A stretch of 63,972 nt of DNA, filler included, from Octopus bimaculoides (lineage: Eukaryota), in NCBI RefSeq assembly GCF_001194135.2. It is 4 parts of 4 records of this genome, joined end to end, with 100 filler letters (N's around TTAATTAATTAA, not from the genome) between each part and the next. Parts side by side here need not be neighbours in the genome. Positions count along the whole stretch, not along the records: positions 1 to 23,606 come from NC_068985.1; 3 more parts are not named here. One strand, written 5' to 3'. Positions 1-11,897 of this stretch are shown here, piece after piece (the first letter of the stretch is position 1; each line of letters begins with the position of its first letter). The position numbers were made by a program, and so were the translations under genes. Under the pieces are notes generated by a model, which was not told the origin of the DNA, did not search any database, and saw only the letters and a list, made by a program, of their open reading frames with translations.

Positions 1-330
1 ATAGGTGCCCTGGGAATGACAGCGAAACGGGCTGATTACTACCTAGCTCAGATACCAGGAAACCCCAAAATGGCTGAAGTCCAAAAGATAGTGCTCATGG
101 GAACTGCCCATATCCTACGTAAAATACTGTCTATGTGATCTCAAATTTTAAAGCAAACATAATTTTCTTATGGTTTCTTAAACATTCACTTGAACAAAAC
201 TGTACAAATCCAAATATATGGTACCCTAGGCATAACACCTACATGAACTTCTAACTTGTTGTCTCTTGAGGTCTCTGGGTGAGACTTGGATCCAACTTGT
301 ACAAATGCAAAACAAAAGTCAAACATAAAA
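1..330 (+). mobile_element. 3' end of an R4/Dong-like RLE non-LTR retrotransposon (family A): C-terminus, 3' UTR, then (TAA)n tail
   Basis: Frame 1 (1-138) reads IGALGMTAKRADYYLAQIPGNPKMAEVQKIVLMGTAHILRKILSM* with no disruption. This matches the conserved GALG...QK..L.GTA.ILR end of RLE elements. The UTR ends CAAAACAAAAGTCAAACATAAAA and runs into (TAA)n. Confidence 0.85.
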
Positions 331-406
331 TAATAATAATAATAATAACAACAACAACAATAATAATAATAGTAATGATAATGATAATAATAATAATAAT
401 AATAAT

Positions 407-727
407 ATGAACAAAAACGTAGAAGCTATATCTAGAGCTTCAACACTACACACTGTCCAGAAAAGTAATAGCCCACGTCCTACGCAAGACACTATCAATT
501 CAATAATACAACCTAAACAAAACAACCCAGAAACACAAGACACATTCTATACAACAATTACGCAGTGAAATAAACTTCCACCAGCAATCAAGATAACTAA
601 CGCATTATGCACTCAACACACAATACTAGCATTAATACAACAAAAGACTGCAACACATCCCAGCAACACGGAGGTGTAGCGGGTGATGCAGTAGAAATTT
701 GCCTAAAACTACCAAATGCTGAACAAT

Positions 728-728
<1 letters not shown>
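407..728 (+). mobile_element. 5'-truncated RLE LINE 3' end (copy B) with (TAA)n on both sides
   Basis: Frameshifted ...TLHTVQK / IAHVLRKTLSIQ* (stop 504-506), then a UTR running into a long (AAT)n tract. Confidence 0.65.
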
Positions 729-1154
<426 letters not shown>

Positions 1155-1182
1155 TAATGTTGGTAGTATCCTTTTTAATAGT

Positions 1183-1547
1183 TATAATGGTACCATCATC
1201 ACCCAAATAGTGTAATACAGAAGAATCAGTCTAAGGTCTTATTGGATTTTACTGTACAGACTAAGCCTGAGCTTCAAACATGGCGACCTGATGTCGTCGT
1301 TCGGAAGAGGGAAAAGAGTTCCTCATCATAGATGTGGCTATGTCTGTGGATATTAATATAGCAGTCACAGAACAAGTGAAGACTTTCTATAAAAGTAATC
1401 CCTGTTGTCATGAGAGTTTTATGTACCATCACCAAGTGCCGTGAACATTTCCTTATTGAGATAGGTGTAACTACAAGACTTAAACGTATTCAGAAATCTG
1501 CTCTGTTGTGAATAGCAAGGACGTTAAGAAAGGTCCTCTATATCTAA
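1183..1547 (+). mobile_element. Degenerate RLE LINE endonuclease 3' end (copy C)
   Basis: WYHHHPNSV...LLDFTVQT...WRPDVVVRKR, LIIDVA, KVIPVV, IQKSALL*IARTLRKVL, with stops and frameshifts. Confidence 0.75.
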
Positions 1548-1589
1548 GGTAACTGGTTGAAATAGGTGATTCCGAATGTAAAACATTTG

Positions 1590-1862
1590 TGCACACCATG
1601 AATAATTGGAGAATGAAAAATGTAAGGGTTTTACCCGTAATAATTGTTGCATTGAAAACTGTAAGTTAAGATGTATACAAATGATTGAAGGAGATTGGAA
1701 TAGAATGCCTTGTAGAGCTTCTTCGAGAGTTTTCCCCTTATGGACAGGAAAGATTATCAGGAGGGTTTTAAGCATTTGAAAGACTATTGAAGACTTGTGG
1801 ATACTTAAAGTTACAAGCAGGATTCCCACTATCCAACAAGAATAAGAAAGAACCTGAGACAA
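1590..1862 (+). mobile_element. Degenerate RLE LINE 3' end (copy D) followed by a (TAA)n tail at 1874-1957
   Basis: NWRMKNVRVLPVIIVAL...LKEIGIECLVELL...TGKIIRRVLSI*, then UTR and (AAT)n. Confidence 0.7.
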
Positions 1863-1874
1863 ATCATCATCATC

Positions 1875-1951
<77 letters not shown>

Positions 1952-1957
1952 TAATAA

Positions 1958-2665
1958 GGAAACAATCTCACATATTGTGACTGAGTATAGTAAACTGGCC
2001 CAAAAGCACTACAAAAGGAGGCACGATAACGTGGCTAGGTTCGTCCACTGGAGTCTATGGGAAAAGTACGGCCTTAATAGACCACGGAAATGGTACGAAG
2101 AAGAACCAGAAGGATTCACCGAAAATAAGGAATTTAAGATACTGTGGGATTTTACAATCCATTGTGACTCCCTAATCGAGGCTCGGATTCCAGATATTGT
2201 TGTGATAGATAAAGGTAAAAAGGAAACCAAGATTATAGATATTGCAATACCTGGAGATGCACTCATAAATGACAAAGAACTAGAAAAAATTGCGAAAGTA
2301 CAGACTACTGAAAGATGATATTGCAAGAATGTGGACTATGAGGACAGTGTATGTCATTCCAGTAGTTGTAGGGGCAGTCGGAGCACTAACAACCAAATAC
2401 GAGAAATATGTCAGAGAAATTGGAATTGATATGAGAACAGAGCAAGACCCAAAATATAGGCTGCTGGGGACAACTAGGATTTTGAGAGTGGTACTTGGAC
2501 GTTGATTGTCTCCCACGATAATTAACAGCCAAGTACCAAAGCTTATAATGTGCAGAAAGAAACCCTGCGAGACTTCTAACAACAGGTTACTGCCTGTGCT
2601 CACAGAACCTACCAGAACAAACAAGATCGAGCGCCCTTAGAAGTAAAACAATAATAATAATAATA
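1958..2665 (+). mobile_element. 5'-truncated RLE LINE (copy E): RHD motif, PD-(D/E)xK-type endonuclease, 3' UTR, TAA tail
   Basis: ORFs 1977-2318 and 2290-2505 (one frameshift): SKLAQKHYKRRHDNVARFVHW...KILWDFTIHCDSLIEARIPDIVVIDK...IIDIAIPGD...ELEKI / PVVVGAVGAL...LLGTTRILRVVL. Confidence 0.9.
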
Positions 2666-2689
2666 CAGATACTCATTTAAATTCTGGAA

Positions 2690-5110
2690 GAAAAATAACC
2701 CAGTTCTGAATATATTGATGCACCTTGAATATATTGCACTAGCCAGCATAAGGAGATACTTTCTCGAAAGGAGGAAATTTGCATAAACCCGAAATAGGGC
2801 CCTTGAAAGGAAAAATACATCCTGAAAGCACAAACCCATAGAATACTTACCAATAATATAAAGACTGAAAGTGTGAAGCATGAAGAGAGGCATAACATTT
2901 GCAGCGAAAATAAAATAAGTAACCAATCACAAAAGACTCAAAACCTATGAACGTGTAATGATGGCCAAAATATACCAAATCAGAACAACACAAACAAAAA
3001 TATGAGAAGCAATGTGGAGCAAACCTAAAAATTCGAAAGAATGAATTCGGAAATTATATGTATGATACTTTAAAGTTGGACATAATCAAGGAATTAAAAG
3101 CCACAGAAGAAATTAACATGGACTGCACCTCCCAAGTATTAGAGTTAATAATATGACAGTTACTACAATAAAAAGCATAAGCAAATGTCAGTGTGACCAG
3201 ACTAAATACAATAAAATATGCATCAGCCTGAGAGGCCACAAAGGAAAGTTGGTTCTCCCTCAAATCCACCACAACCTAAACATGGTATGAAAATCTAATA
3301 TCCAGAACAGAAGAGAAAATAAAAGAAAGGATTTTAATAAAATTAGTAACCAAACGGCACCCCTTAACAATAAGGAAAGAAAAATACTACAGAATATAAA
3401 AAGTAAAGCAAGATGTACTTGAGACAAAAGAACAGCGAAAGCAAGATATTCTTACCAAAGTGCAAATAATCCTTTGGTATGAAAAACGCCAACGATTCTT
3501 TGAACAATAAAAGCAGTTTAACTCCTACCCCAAACAACTCTACCAAGATCTTGAAAGAAATAGAGATCAATGCAGCACCAGCAGCGGGGAAAATGGAAAA
3601 AATTTAGAAAGAATCATGGACGGCGAAGGAACTATCCCAGAAAAGATCAATGAAAATAACAGATATAGCACCTGAGCAACTCTACACCTATAAAATCGGA
3701 AGATTAACCCAAGTACTGCAAAAATTAAACAACTAGAATGCTCCAAGGCACGACAGGATTAACAATTTCTGCTTAAATATTTAACTGAGAAATACAGGGT
3801 GCTATCAGTACATTTCGGTGCCAATGGAATCAGACACAATACCCGAAAGGATCACATAAAAGAAAAACATCCTAATTCGCAAGTCTGTTGAAAATGTAAA
3901 AACCACAGATTCATAATGTGTCCTTACAACCTAGAAAGTAAAATATGCATGGCTTCGATTGATTACTGGAAGAGTTTTGACAGCATACCTCACACATGGA
4001 TTCTAGAAAAACTAACCATCAACAAGGTAGCAACAGCAACGATAAAATATATAAAACAACTCATTAGTAAATGACAAACAGTTCTACAGCGACAGACAAA
4101 AGAAGTAATTATAAAAACTAAAGCGATACCAATTTAAAGTGGAGTATTCCAAGGACACTGAGGTATTTAACTATCATGCCAAATAGAGCAGAATGTGGAT
4201 ACAATTGCAATGGTAAAACAATCAGCCATCTCTCGTATATGGATTATCTCAAGCTGTATGCTGCAACTGATAAACAACTGGAAACATTACTACAGACATT
4301 GCATAGATTTACCACAGAAATAAATATGAAATTAGGCTTAGAAAATATGTGCCAAAGCAACTTTGAAAAGAGGAAAACTAGTTAAGAATAACAATATCAC
4401 ACTCGTAAAGAAAATGAAATAAGAGAACTGGACGAAACCCAGACATACAAATATTTAGGAATCAATGAACAACAGTAAATCAGACACAAATGGAAGAGAA
4501 GATAAAGAAAGAATATTATAGACAGGTTAGATTAATAGTTAAAACACAGCTCAATGCGAAAAATCAAGATAATAAATATCAATGGCCTAGCTGTCCCAGT
4601 TATAAGTTACAGTTACAGTATTTCTAATTGGACACTAAATGAACTAGCCAAACTAGACGGGGAAATATGAAAAATGACGGAAGTTTGAAAACACCACCAA
4701 AATTCTGACATAGAAAGTTATATATACAAAGAATTGAAGGTGGCAGAGGCTTTATACAATAAGAAAATTACTATGAAATATCCATCTTAGGACTACAGAA
4801 ATATCTAACTGAGAACCAGGGAGAAATTGTACCAATAATCACAAAGCATGAGCAAATCAAAACATTGTTTACAGTCTTCAAAAAAGCCGAAAAATAGCAA
4901 GAAGAGGTCATAGTAACTGACAAGTATGAAAAAAAAGAAGCAAACAACAAAAACTGTAAATCAACTGAAATTTAGACTAAAAGTAGAACAAAAAAATACC
5001 ATGATAAAACAATGGCAAGAAAATCCCTTATATGGCAAATACTGGGATAAGCTAAACAAAAAAGAAATAGACAAAGTAAAATCCCAACAATGGTTGAGAA
5101 GCTCAGGATT
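2690..5110 (+). mobile_element. Long degenerate R4/Dong-like LINE body (copy F): N-terminal region and reverse transcriptase, lacking zinc knuckle and RLE
   Basis: RT motifs in shifting frames: YEKRQRFFEQ*KQFNS, NAPRHDRINNF, SIDYWKSFDSIPHTWI, GVFQG, ISHLSYMDYLKLYAA, TYKYLGI, IEGGRG, WQENPLYGKY...QQWLRSSG. Confidence 0.85.
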
Positions 5111-5131
5111 CAAAACAAAAGTCAAACATAA

Positions 5132-5189
<58 letters not shown>
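5111..5189 (+). mobile_element. 23-nt terminus of family A plus (TAA)n, placed directly after copy F
   Basis: 5111-5133 (CAAAACAAAAGTCAAACATAAAA) is identical to 308-330. Confidence 0.7.
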
Positions 5190-5373
5190 GCCCGGTAGAA
5201 CTGTTTCAAAAGGTGTGCCTCCTTGGCACGGCGAGAATAATCAGGGAAGTATTAGATAACTGATAAAGAATGGATAGCATGGTACCGTAGACTGCAGGTA
5301 GCAATCCCGCTACGCATGTAAGACTCCAGAAGCTCCAACAAAACATTGTGTTAAAGAGAAATAATAATAATAA
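5190..5373 (+). mobile_element. Short RLE LINE 3' end (copy G) between TAA tracts
   Basis: PVELFQKVCLLGTARIIREVLDN*, short UTR, then AATAATAATAAT. Confidence 0.8.
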
Positions 5374-5848
5374 TCGACTAAATTTCATACCAAGTAAATA
5401 ACGAGATGGTTATTTCACCTGCTAGAAATAACTGCCTAATTTCTCTCAAATAACACCAAGGCGTCTTTCAAAGAAATGTAGCGCTTTATAATATAATCTT
5501 TCTCAACACTATTTTTTAATAGAAGATGCAATGGTTGCTTCTAGAATGCATTTGGTCACAGGTCTGCTTAATCAAGTTTAAGCAACAACAATAACAAAAG
5601 CAACAACAACAGCAAAAACAACAACAACAAGCAATGACTAAATTACAATAGTTTCAGAATATAAACTATTCTTTTGACCATTCTCCCCATTTTAACATAC
5701 ACGTATTTTCTTTCCTCTTTATCTACTTAATCCTACCACTATATTCTCAAAATTGCATTTACACCACAAGACCCGTTTGAATGAACAGCACATGGAATCT
5801 ACGTCTGAAAATACCACGCAGCCCTGGATTTGTTGTCTCATTTTATTT

Positions 5849-5896
<48 letters not shown>

Positions 5897-7099
5897 GCAT
5901 TTTTAACGTTTTTGTATGCTCTATTATGATTTACCCTACACTTATCCTATGCATAAATATATATATACAAATACATGAAACATACATATAAACAATTTCG
6001 TTCCAGTCTCTGAAAATTGCAAATCAATGATTTACTCCAATTCTCTGCATTTTGAACAACAGTATCTCAGTAGATTATGATAAGTTTTTTTTTTTTTTTG
6101 TTATTTACTATGTATGGTACATGCTTGTATTACTTAACTCTTTCCATGTCGAAGAATTGGCATATAGTTTACAGAACATGACTTCCGAGTCTGTCATGCA
6201 TGAGAATAAACTAGGAATTAGCAAAAATTGGGCATTCTGAAATTATATTGCCAGCCGTCTCTAATGTTGCTAGTTCTGAGTCTTATGCAATTAAAATAAA
6301 GCATACTTTTGCTTTTAAACTAAAGCTTTTGAGCCATTGTTAGCTTTCATTCAGGATTAGTTCTCTTTCGTGTCACCATTTTATCTTATATATATTTTGT
6401 AATCCCTCTCGGTGATCTTTATCGTGTTTTGCAAAAATTTCCGTTGTTTAGTCCTTGTACAAGGGGGTAGTTAGTTTGCATTTTCTGGAAGAAATTGTTT
6501 TCCTACTCGCTTCTAAAATATGTTTTAGTCCCCAGCGTTTTTATTTTGCAGTAATTTTTGTATTTTATATTAATTTTAGGAGTAGTACTTTTTTATATTT
6601 CTTTAATTTTCTGTTTGTGTTAAATTTTTGTGCAGATATTTTATTTGTACGGCCTTTGGATTAGTGGCTTCAGAAAGCTAGTTTTACAAACTTCTTCAAA
6701 CAAACGAACTTTGTGTTTGTTCTGTTGGACACGTCGCACATGTCTGAGATAGAAAGTGTATTTAAACTTATTCCCACTATTGCGTTCAGATTTTAATATT
6801 GGTCTCTCTCCCTTCTATAACACTCCTCTAATATTTTCCTTCATTTCTTTTATATTATATGGGGTTCATCTACATCTAAATATATATCTATGCAACCGGT
6901 TCGAGTTTAATTCTTTGATTTCGAGGTCAATATTAATTTCGATGTGCTCAAGATTTATTAATTTGACTTTTGTAATAACATGTACATATATGCCATGTCT
7001 CAAACTCATGCTCATATCGTCATTGACTTTGTGAAAGAGTTTTGTAAGTTTCTCACGATTTTTGGTGGGTTTCTAACTGGGTGTTATAATTTAAAGTAA

Positions 7100-7460
7100 T
7101 AGATATAAGGGTCATGGTTCAGCCGTAGCAACTATGGTCCATCAGCATATTCGCTAATAGAGTTGATCTGTACGAAGAGTAGAGAGGATAATGGGGCTCC
7201 CTAAAATATGTCACTTCTGATTGATTAATTCCTGGTTTTCATTATCTTCCGTGGCCGTGTTGTAATCCGGTTCTTTCCAGTTTTAGCAAAGCATGATCGC
7301 AGTACTTTGTTCGTCATCAGGCATTTTTGCTTATACAGGGTGTCTAACCTTCATTCACCAACAAATGCCTATCAGTCATAAATAAGGCAGTGCTGAGGTT
7401 TTCTTTCCAGGCTTTTGCTATTTTTTATTATCACTCGGTTTACCAAAGTCTACTCTTAAC
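7100..7460 (-). mobile_element. Highly decayed non-LTR RT fragment (APE-type clade uncertain)
   Basis: Minus strand KIAKAWKENLSTALF..., TGLQHG, GAPLSSLLF, YADG resemble RT motifs; many stops. Confidence 0.3.
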
Positions 7461-8349
7461 AGCAATGCATCCATTCTAATATATCTTGTGCTCCTTTAGT
7501 AACACTTTATTGAGTTCCATTGTACATTTTGGTGCTAAATTTTTGTGTTTCGTATTTCCTGAAAATTTTTTTTTATATGCATTGATTTTGTTGTTCTCCA
7601 GTGTTATATATTTTTCATTTTTGTTAATGCTCCTGAAAAGCTTTGGGATTTGATTTAAATGGCTTGTTTTCCTGCAAGAAGACTTCGTGTTTTAGGAAGC
7701 GTCTGATTTTTAAACAAATATCCAGATTTCGCTGGATATTTGTTTAAGCGTTTCTATTGCTTCTAGAGTATATCCTTCTTTATTGATCTTATGCTTTCGC
7801 ATTATTCGCTTTAGCTCTACGTATTCGTGTTAGAACTCTTCTTTTTCCATTTCGCTAAGTAAAATAAGTCTTTCCTCTATTTTTTCAGTCTGTACGATAT
7901 ATATGTATATATTTTTTTTTCTGGTAGGGGAGCTGGTTTGATTCAATACGAACAAGCCCAGTTTTCCCGGGCGAATACTACTGCATCTGTTGATATTCGG
8001 GCAGATTGTTTCAGATGAGAAAGTTTTTTGCGAAGTCCTGTTATAATTATCTATTCCTTAGAGTGTAACTTGCACGTACTTTTATGTTGATTAATGTCCA
8101 TCGATATGGTTATATTATCTTTAATAGCATTTGTGTTAAGTTTACCTCAAGTTTCTAGTCTTCTTATACTGTATAGTTATTAAGAGCGACAAAAACAATT
8201 CTTCATATGTAAGGTGATTACAAATTTGAATTCGAAATTAAGGAATTAAAAGTTGAAATGACATAGAATTCACATATTTAATCACTTTTTGTTTACTTAA
8301 GACTAAGTTCTTACTCTCTCTCCTTCTTTCTTTCATTCTCTCGCTCTCA

Positions 8350-8405
<56 letters not shown>

Positions 8406-8434
8406 GCCTGTCTGTCAGTTTGAATAAATTTGAA

Positions 8435-8538
8435 CCAGCAGTATCTATGTAGCTTCACGTCATCAGGTGACTGGCTTTGATAAACTGGGCTCCCAATAGC
8501 ACTCACCTGATGATGTGAGCGTACACAGCTACTGTTGG
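8435..8538. repeat. Small inverted repeat (36-bp arms, 29/36 identical, 32-bp spacer) with an outward-facing CTGATGA hammerhead-like core on each strand
   Basis: + strand: CTGATGA(8507-8513) T GTG agcgta CAC A GCTAC. - strand: CTGATGA C GTG aagcta CAT A GATAC. The GAAA core is mutated in both arms. Confidence 0.6.
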
Positions 8539-8704
8539 ATCATATCATTCATATGATATTCATATATGAGTATGATAAAGAGAACTCACCAATTAACAGC
8601 TGTTACCAATGAACAGAAACGGTTGTGATTTGTGATTGAAGCCTGTTCATCCTAACTTATTTGTCATACATTTTCACATCAATAAGTATGTATATGAATA
8701 TAGG

Positions 8705-8754
<50 letters not shown>

Positions 8755-10263
8755 TGTATGTATCTATACATACATATAATTAACACACACATATATATAC
8801 ATATATAAACATTCATACATACATACATACATACACGCACATACCAGTATAACATGTATACTTGTTTCAAATAAACACGTACATAAAGCAGACACTCAAA
8901 CACTCGTTTACTTTAATTTGGTTTCTGGTTTTCACACATTGAACTCCAGTTTTGATTGAAAGAGTTTTATGAATAAATTGATGATTCGAACATAGTTTTT
9001 TTTACGTATAGTACTTATTCTATACCTCTCTGTTGCTAACGGGTTAAATTACGGGATGTATACAAAGACACCCTGCACAATCTACTACATGCACATGGAA
9101 TTTTCTCAGTGTTGATATCACACTGACCCAGACCACAATTCTCACACTTCGAACAGAAAGAGGAACAATTTCTCCAATGCTATCAATATTTCAAATGAAA
9201 TATTCCAAGGAGATAGTCTTTCGGTACTTCTGTTTATTTTTGGCGTCAAACCTTTCATCATTCCTGCTACAAGAAAAAAGAAATAGGTGCATGCTAGGGT
9301 GAGCAAATGCAAGAAATTTTAATGTAACTCATAATTTCTTCGTTGATGACCTTAAGATTTATGATAAAAATGTTGACAATGCCGAAAAACAACTGGATTT
9401 AATAACATTTTTTGCTGACATAGGAATGGAATTTGTCCAGAAGAAATGTTTTTATTTAATCGGCGAATGCGGAAAATCAGTCTCCCAGACACAAAACCTA
9501 TACATCAAAGAACTCACTATCTCTCCTGTCCCATACAAAGAATGATATAAATACCTTGGTATTGATGAAAATATATAATACCGAGGTGAATAAAGAAAAG
9601 TGACCCATGAGTATTTCATCAGACGAAGAAAAATATGGCAGTACGAACTTTTATCTTAGAACAAAACAATGTCCCAGAATGGATTTACAAGACCAGTATT
9701 GATTCCAATATTTGGGATACTTGACTGGTTTATGGGGAAATCCACTCAATAGACATTAAAACCAACGTGATTCTAGCATCAACTGGAAATCTCCACAAAT
9801 ATAGTGATATCGACAAATATAGTGATATCGACAAGCTCTGCCTAAGAAGAGATAGAGGAGTTTGGGGCTTGAGATCAGTACAGACAGCCTTCGAATGTCC
9901 CATAGCGTCTCCCAGACAGCACAAAAATAAACGCATTAACTTAGTGCTGAAAAGTGAAGGAAACAATAGCCTACGCACTGAAAGTGAGCTGCTCGGGAAA
10001 TGCTCTCATCCTGATGACCTCTCATATAACACCAAATATGCCGGACAAACATACCTCAAAGAAAACCGGGAAGAGAAATTCTCAGCATACCAAAAAGAAA
10101 AAAAGAAGACTATGCATGAGTATGTTTCTCGTAGACTTGAAGAAGATAATAAAATTGACATGGAGAGAAGCGTCTCTTGGACTTGTGATTGCTTCAACAT
10201 ATCACACTTCGAAGGTTATACATTTGCAATCCAAGAACAGGAGATTGCTACAACATACTTAAT

Positions 10264-10296
<33 letters not shown>

Positions 10297-10722
10297 AAAA
10301 GAAAAAAGACTGTGAAGCTGTTGGAGTTCTAAGATGTAACAGTAAACGGACATTATGTCATATTTTTGTGGAAGACATCACACATATGACTAGCAGCTGC
10401 CCAAAAATATCATCAAGGTACTACATCCCTATTCGACATGACGTTGTTGCAAAAATAGTATAGAATGCCATTCGGAGAAAAGACTATCCTGGCATAAATA
10501 TAGAGAATCTCTCTGTTATTGAGTACGTACACAATCATCAACACAAGGAATACTCGTGGAACATTCACATCGAAAGATCTATCAACTGTAACTCCATATA
10601 CGATATGACTTTGTCGCAAAAATTTATACAATGCCATTCAGAGAAAAGACTGTCCTGGAATAAATATAGAGAATTCCCCTGTTATCGAGTACGTACACAA
10701 GCACCAACACAAGGGATACTTT

Positions 10723-11110
10723 AAGTAGTTGTATGCTGTCAACTTAATGTGACACTCCCATGAAGGGAATAATACTACTGTTGGTTAGACCTAGGAAGCT
10801 GCACCGCTTCCTGTCGGCCTTGACACATTTTCTGTGTCCTTATGTTTACAAGGGGGAGACAAGCACCTCCAATTGGCTAAGCCTGCATCCAGAGACATGT
10901 TTCTGAGTCTCTGCTCGTCATCCAGACTGATGACGAGCAAAGACTCAGAAACATGTCTCTGGATGCAGGCTTAGCTGGGTGGAGGTACTTGTCTCCCCCT
11001 TGTAAACATAAGGACACAGGAAATGTGTCAAGGCCGACAGAAAGCGGTGCGGCTTCCTAGGTCTAACCAACAGTAGTATTATTCCCTTCAGGGGACTGTC
11101 ACAACTACTT
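10723..11110. mobile_element. Fold-back (palindromic) element, probably Penelope-like or retrozyme-related
   Basis: Arms 10761-10922 and 10929-11090 match at 153/162 positions as reverse complements around a 6-nt spacer (CAGACT). Pairing extends imperfectly to AAGTAGTTG (10723) and CAACTACTT (11110). Confidence 0.85.
10919..10965 (+). ncRNA. Minimal type I hammerhead ribozyme motif; predicted cleavage after GUC at C10957
   Basis: CAUCCAGA-CUGAUGA-C-GAG-CAAAGA-CUC-A-GAAA-C-AU-GUC|UCUGGAUG. Perfect 8-bp stem I, intact CUGAUGA and GAAA cores, 3-bp stem II, 2-bp stem III with palindromic ACAUGU. The one deviation is C.A instead of G-C at the base of stem II. Confidence 0.75.
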
Positions 11111-11864
11111 TATCGTATCACTACTGCATAAATCTCTGAGAGATTTAGAAATGTATTATTTCTAAACAAGGAATACTTGTAGAACATTCGCATTAAAAGA
11201 TCTGTCAAATGTACACACAACTGGCTGGATATTGCTGTTTGGGATAGACAAGAAAAAGTATGTACCGTCACAGAGGTCAGCTGTCCTGCAGATGTGAATA
11301 TCTCTTTAAAAAGCAAAGAAATAGAAGGTAACTATGGGCAACAACTTCGAAACCTCCAGTTTCTATATCCGGATTACAAATTTACATTTATACCAATAAT
11401 AGTTGGAGCACTTGGTTTTGTAAGTATGTGCCTAACTGTCAGTCTGGATAAGTTTGGATTTTTAGAAAAAGAAATCAACCGATTCGAACATTACAAATAC
11501 AATCTGTAAGTGGGACAGTAAAATTATACAAGACTTTTCTCATGTTTAAAATGTGACAATGTTTTCGTTATCTACGTTCCAAAGATGGAGCTTTGTATCT
11601 TTATTAGAAACTGGCACCTTCTTCAAAGGAAGAGTTTAAATGATTAAATGCAGAAGAGACATATATGTGTTATAAGAATAATCATTTATGGTCCACCCTG
11701 TATACACGCATCTACATATAATACGTACATATGGACACACGAATGTGCAGGTATGTGTGCGAGTGTATCTCTGTATGCATAGATATATATATATCGATGT
11801 CTGACCCTGTACACGCATACAGATACACACACATATATGTATATATAATACACATATACATATG

Positions 11865-11897
<33 letters not shown>

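Larger units (their letters stand above)
9000..11660 (+). mobile_element. Degenerate RLE LINE (copy H): RT, zinc knuckle, RLE and 3' UTR, interrupted by an internal duplication and the fold-back element
   Basis: IFQGDSLSVLLF, HNFFVDDLKIY, YKYLGID, YTFAIQEQEIAT, CHIFVEDITHMTSSCPK..RYYIPIRHDVVAK, WLDIAVWD...EVSCPAD, FIPIIVGALG, SVSGTVKLYKTFLMFKM* (stop 11554-11556). Confidence 0.85.

Noticed and set aside
10884-10935. Second active hammerhead on the - strand of the fold-back
   Set aside because: The core reads CUGGAUGA and the 5' strand of stem I is absent.
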